Source: Fimbriosthenelais zetlandica (Eukaryota). From it: a DNA stretch of 64,000 nucleotides. Position numbers and translations under genes: made by a program. Positions 26,201-39,254 of the stretch are shown here, in pieces. Location of the stretch: the NCBI GenBank assembly GCA_977030845.1, contig OZ365112.1:15004001-15068000 (forward strand), read 5' to 3'. Numbering within the stretch: position 1 is the first letter of the stretch; the number at the start of each line of letters is the position of its first letter. Below the pieces are notes generated by a model. The model saw nothing but the letters and a program-made list of their open reading frames with translations. It did no database searches and was not told the DNA's origin.

Positions 26201-29200
26201 GATTTAACATACAGGTGGGAACCTATTTTCTTATTCCAATTGAAAATGGATTTGAAATATTGGGCGGTGTAACTGTGATGCCCTCTGTTACTGAGCCAAT
26301 GACGTCACAAAGGATCAAGACAAATTACCATCAAGATAATGGGCATCCAATTGTCAGTTTCAAGTTTCGAGCCTTTTATTTTTTCCTAATTTCCATTACG
26401 TAAAGAAAAGTGACTGTACTTCATCATGGAAGACATGTGCATTACTCATTGGAAGAAAGGGAATAGACTTAAGGATCCAGCCAATATACTTTCTCCCACG
26501 CTCTCCTAAGAGATAATTTCTATAAGCAGACCACATACAAAGGCCAAAAACTTAACCACAAATAAATTATTGTCCTCTTTCTAACAAATCTACAAAATCA
26601 CATGTATACCTTTCCCCATCTGAATGTTGCCATACTTTTTGGGAAATATGTCACCTGATTATTATGTGATTATTACAAATGCAATTTTCTTATAATTTAT
26701 GTTGAGGCTTTATGTTAGAATACAAGGTGTATTCATCTAACATCATAATGTTTCACTTGAGTTATTGTGGTTCCTGGCAGATTCTTCCTCTTCCTTCTCT
26801 TTCTTCCTCCTACTGATTACTGATCAGATAAAACCCCTCCTTCAAAGGTGAATGAATCAGGTTAATTGTTGCAGAAAATATAAGAAAACAGTTTGGCTCA
26901 TATCCGTATGGAGAATTGAAGAAGGTGGCCGTGTGGTGTTGAGTAATGGCAATTAGTGAAGGAACATCCACACGTTATGGTCGAGGATAAAGGGAGAGGT
27001 GATGGTCGGGCCTGCCATCCTTCTCAACCCCTGACATGGCCAAGTGGAGAGCCAACATGTAGGTCTGGATTTGAAGGAGATGTGAGGTTAAGAGGTTGAA
27101 GAGAAAGTTGGCAGGGGTGGGTCTGTGTCTGCTGAACACCCACACAGCAGGCTGAATGTGTGTCTTCATGTGTGTGGGACTGTTAGTGTGTACCTGGCGT
27201 GTGTTGATTGTGAGTCAGACTAACATTAACCCATAGTGGGTGAGAACACCTGGCAGATGATCTCTATACCCACCATTCTAACCCCCTCACCCTGTCCTCA
27301 CAGCTTATCATTGCCACACATACAAGTTGTAGTTTAGCATTTTGTCAGGATTTAAGATTAAAAGCCGGTCATTCAGTTTTACTGACATGATAGTATTTCC
27401 AAGGAGTCAAGGGTGTTTAAGAATACTTCCCATTGCTGGACACAATGACTCCTTCCAAGTATGGCATTAGAGGTTTCACCTGACCGGTTTGTGTCATTTT
27501 AGATCAGATTAGAAGGGATGTGGGCAGAGTGGGGCAGTTACACTGGGGTGAGACTTACCTCTGATGTCTGAATGCCAATGATAAGATTGAATGTTTGTGA
27601 AAACTACCCTGGCTAATAATAGAGAAAAACAGTATTATATTGATCCTAATCCTGTATAATATATGTAATATAGGTATCAATGGACATCTCACTTCCATGA
27701 TGTTCTACATTACCTAAACTAACCATTAATTATTCATGAGAATGAAGGATATATGTTTATGTTAATCTCTATATAATGTCGTTGATTAATGCAGATGGAG
27801 GTTTAATGGGTGTTGTACATGTTGAGGAAGTTTGTATTGTGACTGTGAGGTGTGGGTAGTCATATATTATACCTGGATTACATGCAAACTTTGGTTTGCC
27901 CAGGTCTCTATCTCCTGTCACAAAACAGCTCAGTGAAGTGCTTGAATTAACCATAAAACATCCCATCAGTTTCCTAACTTGACAGTGGGACAGAGAACGC
28001 TGGATGCCTTACAAAGGGACTGATTGGTCTTAATTAATCAGATAAATAATGGGTGGATTGGCCAGTCTTTGGTAAGGTTATTGTCCAGTACATGCACACC
28101 TGATGTGGACATGTGTGACATATTGCATGATACTTGCTTCATGATGAGGGTGGAGAGTGAGGGAGAGAGATGGGGGGAGGGGGGATCGAGGTCATCAACA
28201 GCTGGAGGTGGGATCCAGAGACTGTGTGTATATATGTGTATGATATATATACAATACATGATACACACAGCTGGTCTTCACTCTATATCTAGGTGAGCTA
28301 TCTTCTATGGCCTTAAAAAAACACTATTTCTCTATTGCATGATAATTAGATGCAAAAAAAATCTTGACAGGTATAAGCTATTTCTCCAAGTTATATCTGA
28401 GGAATACAGTTTTCTCCATCCGCAGTTGAGACTAGTCTATGTCAACGTGCTTGATTTTATCTCATAACCCTTTAAAGGATCCTCCGTTGAATATATAGGT
28501 GCATCCAATGAAAGGTAAACAGATCCATGAATAGCCTGCTAAATGCACCATACCATGTGGGGGCATTTGATATGTAATAATACACCCACACAAAATCCTC
28601 GTGACAGTTTAGGAAATAACTATCCTTTTTAAGGGGCCTTATGTTTTGCAGCAAAGCATCCAATTTCCACATTCTTGTGCTGCTCAATTTTTCTATGATA
28701 AATAAATAAAATTGTATTCTCACTGTACGGAAATTTATATGAATAGGCAGAAAATGAAACACTGTAATGGCAAAGGAATTAATATTGCGCAAAAAATGAA
28801 GAAAGTGAAGGTTAACTCTTGGTGCCTTGACTCTGTCGTCTCCCCGTGGGTATGGAAGGGTCAGAGTTTCTCGTGGCTCTGTTTGTTTGTTCATCTCACG
28901 GTTTGCTAGGCTGACGAGGAGAAAAACAATAGGTGTTCTATGTGCTCACTTGATTGCTATTCTCGAGGCGAAACCTTGAGACAATGGAGGCCATAGTTTT
29001 AGTGTATGGATGGATGAGGATTGAGGAGTGAGGACAAGGCAGTGGAGGCATTAGTGGTGGGGATAATCCCACCATTGATGGTGGCGGAGAATGAAGGATG
29101 GGACTGGAGGAGGTCTGCAACGTACTTATCCTACAGATGGCTTCCACTGTAAAAGTCGATTGTTTGAATCATAACAAACTTCAGATTTTTATTCTCAAAT

Positions 29201-32200
29201 TTATTTAAGCTGCAGTGAATAAAGGGACAATTTAGAAGCGGTCTCAAAGTGGAAAAAGTTGTTTTGATCATTGTTTAATTTATAACTAGATATTATATTT
29301 TGGTCAAAGCCTGTTTTGGTTTTCAACAAACTACGTCTCATTCCAGTTATTGATTAATCAATGATTAATCAATACAATAAGTCTATCACCAGTGATCGTG
29401 ACCTGAATGTGATGGAGCTGTCTATAACCCGGGCGTCTCATTAATTGGTGGTAACTAATGAAGTTTCATTATGGGCTTGGATGAACATGCATGCCACCGG
29501 ATATAAGCTGGGCTTACTGTAGATAAACGAGTGAATTTTGTTGGCTGACTGAAGATGTGATTGCTTTGAGGCATTCTTGCCTGTTCACTTGGCTGATTGA
29601 GTCATGTCTGCCTAACTCAATCATTAGCCTACAAATCTTGTCATGTGTGAACCGGACAATTGTCAGGGTGCAGTGTTTATCAAATGGCTATGGACAAAAA
29701 GAGGAATAATTTGTGTCATTGGACATTTGTAAATCACTGCGGGGAGAAGGAAGATTGGTTGGAATTTGATTAAAGGGTAAAGTTTATTCTTTGTAATAAG
29801 AAAAGCTGGGGTATATATCATAGCATCTTTACCCTAACAAGTTTCCCCCAATAACAATGTTTAACGAGATCAAAGGATGATGAAGATGGAACTTTAAAAT
29901 GATTGAAGTCAGTCACACTCCGAATAGGCTGACCTAACAGGAAAGTTCACTTCACTTTGCCTCTTTAGTCTCACTGTGGACTTGTATAGATGAGTTGTCA
30001 TAGTTACGTGTGTACAGAGGGGATGTCAACAGTGAATAGAGCAGATCATGTTACATGCCTTTATAAATATACCCCCTGTGGTTTCCCCACACTTACCTTT
30101 CCTTCCCCAACTTAGCATCACAAACCCACCTCAGACCTACTTTAAATATGCTCTACCTTCATCCAATAAAACCCTAAAGGATTCAGTCAGATTCCTGGGG
30201 TCCTTTTACATTTATAACCTTGGGGATTTATATAGAAAATCTGATCATGGAAACCAAGGATTAGGCTCATCAAATCATGATATCTCACACGTCATGGGAC
30301 ATGTGAAAAGCGTTGGCCACGATTTTCCTGAATTCCCCTAAAGCCTCTGGCATCTTCCTGGACTTGCAAACCTTTCAGTTTCATGAACACACTCTCTAAA
30401 ATGCCTTATTATGCATGCGTGGGACTAGAAACGTGCATGCATGTAAATTCATGACCTTGTGTTTGTGACTTATAAATTCAGGTGAATTCGCCTTTATTTC
30501 ATGTCCCCAACAATTGAGAATAAATAACCGAGTTTTGAACTCTGGCCACAGTACGGTTTCATCAGCAGATCGTATCGTCCCTCACCGAAATTACTAGTGG
30601 CAATGCTACGGTGGAGGAGCAGGAATTCATCAAACCAAGGAATTCATAAAGATCACTTCATATAACTAGTATATGTACAAGAAAGAGAAGAATGTCACCA
30701 ATATAAATAACTATTACCCACCTGTTGGTGTACAAATAAAAGGGAAATTCTTAGATGTCTTTCCTCCCACGTCCAATTTAATTAATACTCTCTTCCCATT
30801 GTACTATTACATACTTTGTTTGAATTTATAATGCTGTGGGTATTCTATATTTGTAAAGTTACAAAAACTGTAAGAGATATGGGTATATACCATACTGTGA
30901 AAACCTTTAGTGGGTGTGACGCTTATGCTGGAGATAGATGGGGGAACACTGGTGAAGAATAATCTATAGACTGACACCCAATAAGGAAGCACCTCGCTAC
31001 AGGCTTCTCCTATAGAGGATCTCCACATTGTGTCAGGTACTCATTGTACCTCATACAAATCACAGAAGATCTAATAAAAGGCAAGTGAACAGAACTCACA
31101 TACATCTGTTCATAAAGATGGATAATGAAAAAAAAACCCAGCTGATTGCCAGGTTGGTTGCCAACTGATGTATAGGCACATTAAACTTTTTGGGGAAACA
31201 CCCATATGAACTATATATTATGTTATCCCTTTATGCCCAATTCTTAACACTTAGTTGTTGAATATCCTTCATGTTTTATGTCGTGATATTGTCCGGAAAA
31301 ATTGAAAGAATTTGTGGCAGGGAGGACTGATTCTCAAAGACGCCTCCGAAAGCTACTGTTGACTATACATATGTATGCATATACTTATGATTCTTCACTA
31401 CCAAACTTGTGCATTGTATGCTTACTTTCAGTGAAATGGACTTTAAAATGTATTCCTTGGTCCATGATTAATTAGCCCCCTCTTGGAAATCTATTGTTGA
31501 CACCTCTCTCCAATTTTAAAGCCATTATAAAGAGATCAGTCAGCGTCAACACCTCAAGTAGATATGAACCCTCTTCATCTTTTTAAACATGTCAACCTGA
31601 AGGTAAAGAACATTTCAGTTTCCACTGTCCCAAGGCACCTTATTAGAAAGTGCATAATTCATTGGTTTTCACACTGATCTACTTGAACATGAAAGTTGTA
31701 TTTAGAAAACTGTCAGGTTAGGACAAGCTGTTGATAGGGATATGTGAACCATAAACATAGACATGGGTTACTGGAGGTGAAAATAATTGTATGGATACAG
31801 ATGGATAGCTGCATTGTCCCATTGAAAAATAATTCTTCCTACCATAAGATTTAATGCAAATCGTCCAAACGATTCTTTGGAATAAACCGAATTAAAATGT
31901 GATTATTTTTGGCGCCAAAAGTCATTCTTATTTTCTGCCAACCTATTAAATGAAATCAAAATCTTCTACTAGTTAAGTACTGGAGATAATTCATTCGCAT
32001 ATGCTGAGGTCATGTCGGGTGAAATGTGAGAATGAGAGGAAGAGAGAGTTGGTTCAGTGAGGTGTAGAGAGAAATTCACACCTAAGAGCCCTATAGCTCG
32101 TCCCTTGTACATGTGACTCAACCCTCTACCTCATATATAGGAACTCTCCATGACCTTAAGGGATCCTCAGTTCCTCCCACGAGTCTCAATCTTCCCTTCC

Positions 32201-35200
32201 CTTAAGGATATTTCTACTTCTAGTGTTCTCACTTACTCTGAACTTTTCCTTCTTGGACCATTTTGGAGACTTAAATGCAAAAAAAAACAGTTCTCCCCTC
32301 TATCTCCCAATCCTAATACACAGCCTAATAAAGATGTCCTTTGTTAGTGGATTATAAAAATAACTCTTATTGCCCCTTGTTCTGAACCCTCAGGCTCGGT
32401 TGATGATAAAGGAACTTAATTCTGGGTGATAGATCCTGAAGCGAATAAAACCGGGTTGTACTGTTAATTTCACAGCTAAAGAAGGTGCCAAGATCTAAAT
32501 TTATCCATATTGTGTTACCTCTATATAGAGGGTTGTAAAGGTTTCCGGATTTACCTGAGATGGCTTCTTCACATCGACACTTTTTACAACAGCAAACTTT
32601 CACTTACTACTTGAAACTTAAGGTTTAAAAGCTTATTACATAACGTATACAATCATGTACATGACAGTGTTTCCTTCTCTGTCTTTATATATCCTCAAAT
32701 GTCATTACTTTAGACACTGAACTGGAATAAGAGAAGCATCGTGCCTACATGTATTCTGAGCTTTAAGAACTCTATACATATAATATATTGCCTTTTTGAC
32801 ATTGAAATATTAGTATACATAAATTGAAGCAGTGCCTTGTCTATTGTTAATATAGTTTTCACCACATGGTACGGTAATGAGTTGAGTAACATGAATATTC
32901 CACCACTCTCTGTGGCCACCCGAAGAGGTGCTACTGGCACTGGCTGTTCCTGCCTTGGGGCTATCTAGATTTAGATTTGAATCTGAAGGTCCCAAACAAA
33001 AATAGTATTTTTATGGGATTCAAGTGAGGCCATTCTTCTCTCACAATGGATGGGGCCTCACTGGAGGTCAGGCTAACTTACTTTAGATTCACTGGCGATT
33101 AGTAGAAAATGAAGATAAAATGATTTGAAACGTTACCAGAATTTATAGTCAGGATGGATATAGGTCCTGATATTATGCGTTGCAAAATGAAAAATGGCTG
33201 AAAATATGATTATTAGAAATATGACAGCTGGTGTATTCGCGTATCTGATGATTGTCATAATAGTGACACGCGAATAGCCAACATGATTGCATTTCTAATT
33301 ACTTTTATTCGTGTACTGGGATGTGCCACACCTAACAGAATCACAATCAAAGTTCATTGTGTTTCCCCTTGTGGTCTTCCTCATTTAACCTGTATGGAGC
33401 CTCATTCATTCTTGATGGATTGGGTTTTAAACATTTATCACTTTCACGTTAACCCATTGAATGGTGGCATAATTGTTCGCTTATTTCGGATATATAATTA
33501 TACTGATTTAGTTGCTCCCAACGCGGAAGTGATGATAAGACTTCCAAACTACAGGCTATTGCCTAAGCCCAGGTAGATTTCTTTGCCTGGGGACAGAGAC
33601 AGAATGAGAAACTAGAAACAATTAGCTGGCCAGTAACTGTTTCCTCTGTAGCGGATTCTCTGGGTGAGTGAGGTCAGGGTCTGTTTCTGTCCGGGTCTGT
33701 GGTCATCGATTACTGGCTTTCATCTCTATACTGCCCACCTACAGACATCCATAGCAGCTGCTTTATTGTTCCTTGGAGATGTCCACTTCACTTGAAAGGC
33801 TCCCTAAAATAAACTCTTCTGCTTTTTGAAGAGGAGGCTATGATATAATTCTCGTGGGAAACTTCATGAACTCCCTGAAATAATAAAGTGGTCGAGGCCA
33901 TGTTGCTTCAATGCCATTAAGCATGCTTTCACAGTAAATATTTTTGTATAAAGAGACTTTGCCAATATGTGACAGTCATGAATGATGTATTTTTTCTGGA
34001 ATGAATGATAGGCTAGATTTTGGGAAGTGTTTAATATTTTTCTGTATCCTGCATCCTGCACCTCGAGGACAGTTTTCTGTCATCTCTCATCACCTATGTC
34101 GCTGACATTTATATTCAGACATATCTATTATAATGTCACATCTCACAGCTAGATTCAGGTGACATAGCATACTTCCTTCTTATAAATGTTGTTTCCCACG
34201 TTTTATTAGCTTCTCAATAAAAGCTGTCTGAGTGGGATTTGCTTGTATTCAGGGCCACCCTTTTACATCACCATCTTTTGTGCATCTCTGGACATTTTGA
34301 TGGGCTAGAGATGTCACACTCTCGGCTAATGCATTTCTTTTGCTTTTCCTACCGGAAGTCGTAAGCTAAGTGTCGATCTTCGTCTGACTGGATCGATCCA
34401 TCCTAGCATGTCCTTCAAGGATTTTGAAAAGCTTAAACCAGTTTCCTGAAAGTTAAACTGTCAGAGCATCTTCACTGTTATGTGAGAGAATTGTACTTTA
34501 CCGATTTTTAATTAACAAACACTTCATAAGTTCTAAGGACATTATTCATCTTCTGTTCGTCTTATGATTTATGGGATCCACTTTTTGTAAAGACAGGATA
34601 GGATTGTGGAGTTTTGAAATAATAACCAGGGTCTATTAAATGCTCTGTAATTATAAGCCTTGCCTTAAAATCAACCTCCACATTGTGCTTTACTCCCTCC
34701 AGGCTGTCCCAGTCTGAGGCCAAATATGGATAAAATATGCATGGGACACCTGTTACACAACTGCTCCAGTTAAACACACACATCATCCATATGAAAACTG
34801 TTGATTTAAATGTGACTGTCTCCCTCGTGCGTATGATTTATTGATGTATATTAATTTACGTAACACTCACGTATCAACGTGTTGAGACTGACTCATTTAT
34901 TTAAAATAGGAGTGCTAAACGTGAGCTTCTCTCTATAATAATAAGGAATTGTTGAATGGCCTCATTGACGCAAGGTTAGAGTAAGCCTACCTGGGGAGAG
35001 CATGATTGCACATCATTTGGACATTGATGCTGGCAGATGCTTGGCTATTATTGGAGAGAATGTAAAAAATAAGTTTCATTTAATTGTTGTCACCCAACTA
35101 TTGGCCATACAAAAGCAATTTGTCCCCAGGCTTTTTCTGTGGAGATCCCGGTGAAAATGGATGTTATCAAAAAGTGATTGTGATATAAAAACATCAATTC

Positions 35201-38200
35201 ATGGAGATCTTTACTTAACGTTAGACTGGAAAATGTTTTGTGTCTGGCTCTGGGCCTTGCTCTCTCTCCACCTTGAGTCTGAATTCACAATAAGTGCGAG
35301 TAAATATGATAACTGTGTGAAGGGAAACCTCCCATTTTAAGTGCCAAGAAATTTCAAGTTCACTAGAAGGCTTGCCCTTGGGTACGTTCATTCTCGGTCA
35401 ACAATATTAACTTTGCTTCATTTTCTTCTGTTGTCATTTCTTAACTACATGTATATTGGTCTACACTGAAACAATGCTGTAACTCTTTGTAGCTTTTTCA
35501 CAGTGATATTTCTGCATTAGTGACATAATAACTGGCATATCAATAGCTCGAGACATATTGGGGCCTCAAAAACTTCTTTATGACTGTCTCAAATCCCTGT
35601 GAGAAAGTTCCCACCATGTTAAGTCATTGGTAATGGTTTTGTCCCCTAGTTATGTGGAACAGGCTTGCATGTTGTGAATACATTATAAATGATATAGATG
35701 TCTGTTCCTTCCCTGTCTCTCTATGTATGTGTGTGGTTTCATGGTCATGTTGCATGCCTCCAGGGTCTAACACGCTAGCCAGAGGTCAGCACCAGCCCAA
35801 CCATTGCTAAATCTGCACTCACCAGAAAGACAGATTTAATATCTGCACTTCCCACTACATTGCTTCCTACCATTGTTAGAAAGGAAACCATCGTCCTCAG
35901 TTCATTCTGCGAACGGAGGTCGTGTTTTCTGTGCTGTGCACTCAGATTTTTCCTTTTCTATTTAATAGTAAAGATGATATCCTTTTGATAGAGGGTTGTT
36001 AAAAGAAGAGTTTGCTAAAAGAAGTTTTATTCCTCTCCAAGGCCACTTGCAGGCATTATTTATAGTCCTAACATTGACTTAATTATCACCAGTTTGAACA
36101 AAGAGTTGTTGCCCATGGCTTAAAAAACTATCTATAATTTACATAAGAGAATCCTGATTGAATACATTAAGTTAATGAAATTAATTGAAAACATCCCTTC
36201 CTTGCTAGGTCCCCGGGAGTTATGATTAGCATTGCAAATACAGAATGCCTGGGAGAAGGTGGAAGGAAGTGAGAGTAGGGGGAAGTTTTGTATTGGTGAT
36301 GAAGCAGAATCCAGACATTCCTACGTCTCTCACTGATTTCTGATCACCTTTATAGAGGTCACTCCCCTCAGGCCTATATGTTTAAATTGAGCCTGGAATG
36401 GCCGTGGGTGTCTTTTGAATCCCTGATTCTGTCATTCCCATAGATCACCTGTGGCATCTCCTTATTTCTGCATGTCATGGAACTTTATACTGACCCTGAA
36501 ATAGTGGTTCCCCAAACAAGACCAGATCTTGTTATAGATTCTGTGGAACTAATATTAAACTTGAAAAGAGATGCCAGATCTGTGTTTTTTCATGTTATAC
36601 ATGTCTTACCATAGCCTGGCTTTGATCTGTGTTCCCTTGACAACACATTTAAACTGCCATGATGCAATGTTAACTGAATAAGATACCGTCCCTGGCCCAT
36701 GGCAATGACTGTATTTAGACTTTGACAGGTTGCTAGTACCCAGTGATTAGAGAAAGCAATTTAAGGTGAAGTTAACTCTCGTGAGTTGTCTCCTTCTGGA
36801 GGGTCTGACATCTCCAAACGCCAATACAAGTGGTGCATAAAAAATAATTCAACAAATTAAGTTGTTAGGAAGTCTTTTGAAAAAGACATCATTACATAGT
36901 GAAAGATATAAAAATAGGTCTTTTGGGTGGTTCACTCCATCCTTGTGAAATTGAATCTTCCTGACTTGGTCCTCTCTGATCTTTATGGAGAAGTGACTAT
37001 AAATTGTAATTTTCCCTAATTTGAGTATTCCTATGCATAAATAATGTGCTATGTCAAACATCAAGTGTACAATAGGTATGAAATTAGTAGATAATATAGA
37101 AACTTTAAAAGACCCTTTGGACTCTGGATAGCTTACGATACCATTAAGTTTACTTACTTTTTGAAGGTATCACTAAGTTCCCCCTTGCAAAAGAATGGAA
37201 GTCAGCCTCTGAGCATATATTTTGCCACTATTTGAACCAGTGTATTATTCGTGGATCCTATTGCCAGCCTCTAATTGGCCAGCATTTGGTCAGGAGAGCT
37301 GATAAGATCTTCTCGCGTGGTGTCACAGACGCTCTCCGTGCCACCCTGGCTTACTATTTACGTCATTTCAGACGTCATTCGACCATGTAGAGGGACTTCA
37401 GTTCAAGGACCACCCATTCTCACATAGCAGTCCTTCAACAATTGCAAAATGTCATAACTCGATGACATTGTTTCTCAAATTGCTCGAACTTTGAACCTGT
37501 CCCGGTGGATAAGTCTGGTGGGGCCCTATCTGCCAGCTTCCGGGCCTCATTTCTGTGCCAAAAAGAACATAAACTGAAGCCTGGATAAAAATGGAGAGTG
37601 TAAAAAATTGTGCACTTAGAACACACATACATTGTTTGCAATAGAGAACTTGGTGATAAATTGCCCGGTTTTTGCCAGCTGTAAACCACTTTCTCTTACA
37701 AAATTGATTTACACTTTGTCCTCTGAAATGTACTGTTCAGTTTTAACAATGGAAGAATACATTCTAAGAACAGTTTTGAACATTAAAGCAGATGAATCTG
37801 TTCTTCACATTTGTGATAAAAATGATCTTTCCTATAGTGACCAAGCCAAATATCCTACACATCCCTGAGGGTCGATTTTACTCTTGGAATCCCAGAACGA
37901 GCACCATTCTGTACACACGCTTACCACAGGAGTGTGCATTGAGTGATTTGAATGAATATTGAATGAGTTTAACCCGGTGATTGGTAATGAGATTCTCAGT
38001 TAGCTAGACCATTATGTTCTCTGCTAGTTTGTATAACCGTGTCCTTACACGTTTGGTCTTCTATTGATGAACTACTATTGATGTACTGAGGAGTTAATAA
38101 TGAGATATGTAAGAGTTGGCTGTTGTTCGGACCCTTTTAGAATACCAGTGGACAGACACTAGGTTCACTGAAGCATCACTTGGTCAGTTTATAATCAGTT

Positions 38201-39094
38201 CAAGGCATGCCTGAGTAGATCAGGCCTCTGAAAGTGGAACTTATGAAATAGACTGAACTATTCTTCAGAATTTTAAAGAATTTTTCTGATTTTTTAAAGA
38301 AAAATACAGTCTGATCCATTAATGTTTAATGTATCACTCTCTGATGTGTTAGGGCATCACGGATCACTTCCTCCCATCTGTTTCTGTCACCACGACTGAC
38401 CTGAGAGGTGGTCAAGCATCAGGCTCCTCCCATTGACCAGTCGACCCCCCTGTGGTCAGTGGATGTAAAGGTGAGGGGTCATCCCTTTACCTGTCCCCGT
38501 ACACCCCCACCCCGCCAGGTAAATGAGTGGGGCGGCCATTACTGTCACGGGCCGGGACTAAATATAAACACCTAAACCTCTACTTCACCCCTCAGGTATA
38601 GGGCTAACACTGAAGATCTCTTGAATTACCATCTGGGAAAATTATATGCCGTTCAACTGTCCTGCCCGGGAACACTAGACTTTGATTGGACTAACCTTTC
38701 ATGAAGCCAAACCTAATGATTGATCTTTAATTCAAAAATATACAAAGCTTACTTTAATGCCAAGTATAATGTCCTGTAATGTCTGATGATGGTACGATAT
38801 TAAATTTCACAATTACCAGTCATCTTTGAACACCAATTCACCCATTAAAGACTTGAATGGCATGTCAATAATCCGGTAAACTCTAACCGTATATTTCCTG
38901 CCTCCTTTTGAAACATTCTTGCTTATATACGAATGAGATGTATAAACTTAACTCTTAAAGTTATCTATCCAGATAGCCTGAAGCTACTTTATAAAATTGT
39001 TTTGGATGCATAGTCTCCCCAGACAATATGTGATGCTCGTGAAAAGACAATCTCCTGATTCTAATCATTTTACCCTGACTCCTTCTTTATTTTA

Positions 39095-39254
39095 GGGGCG
39101 TGGCTTGTGAGGGTCAATATGAAGTGGACTTTGTGTAATGCTAGTAATGACAGATGATCGGCACCTGTCAGAGCCTCAACCCGCCATAGTAACAAGTATG
39201 GTGGGCTGTGACCTCTACTTTATTAGCATCATTGCCACGCCCCCTGCCACGCCC
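39095..39254. promoter_or_regulatory. Cluster of three KLF/Sp GC-box motifs (GCCACGCCC)
   Basis: GGGGCGTGGC (39095-39104), GCCACGCCCCC (39234-39244), GCCACGCCC (39246-39254). Confidence 0.35.

Noticed and set aside
26977-27081. 35-codon ORF MVEDKGRGDG...FEGD ending at GAT|GTGAGG in phase 0
   Set aside because: Weak start context, moderate donor and no homology; expected by chance in a 24-kb intron.
28472-28894. 140-aa - strand ORF
   Set aside because: Non-ATG start, AT-rich codons with an F/I/L/H-rich composition typical of non-coding DNA, no recognisable motif. ORFs of this length are expected by chance in 64 kb.
33229-33280. SECIS or C/D snoRNA interpretation of the hairpin
   Set aside because: Intronic location, helix II far too short for a SECIS, no CTGA box D and no room for guide sequences. 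Kept only as an unclassified hairpin.
34987-35010. Resemblance to the U1 snRNA 5' end (TACCTGG..GGAGA..CATGAT)
   Set aside because: Short, gapped similarity that does not extend to stem-loops or the Sm site.
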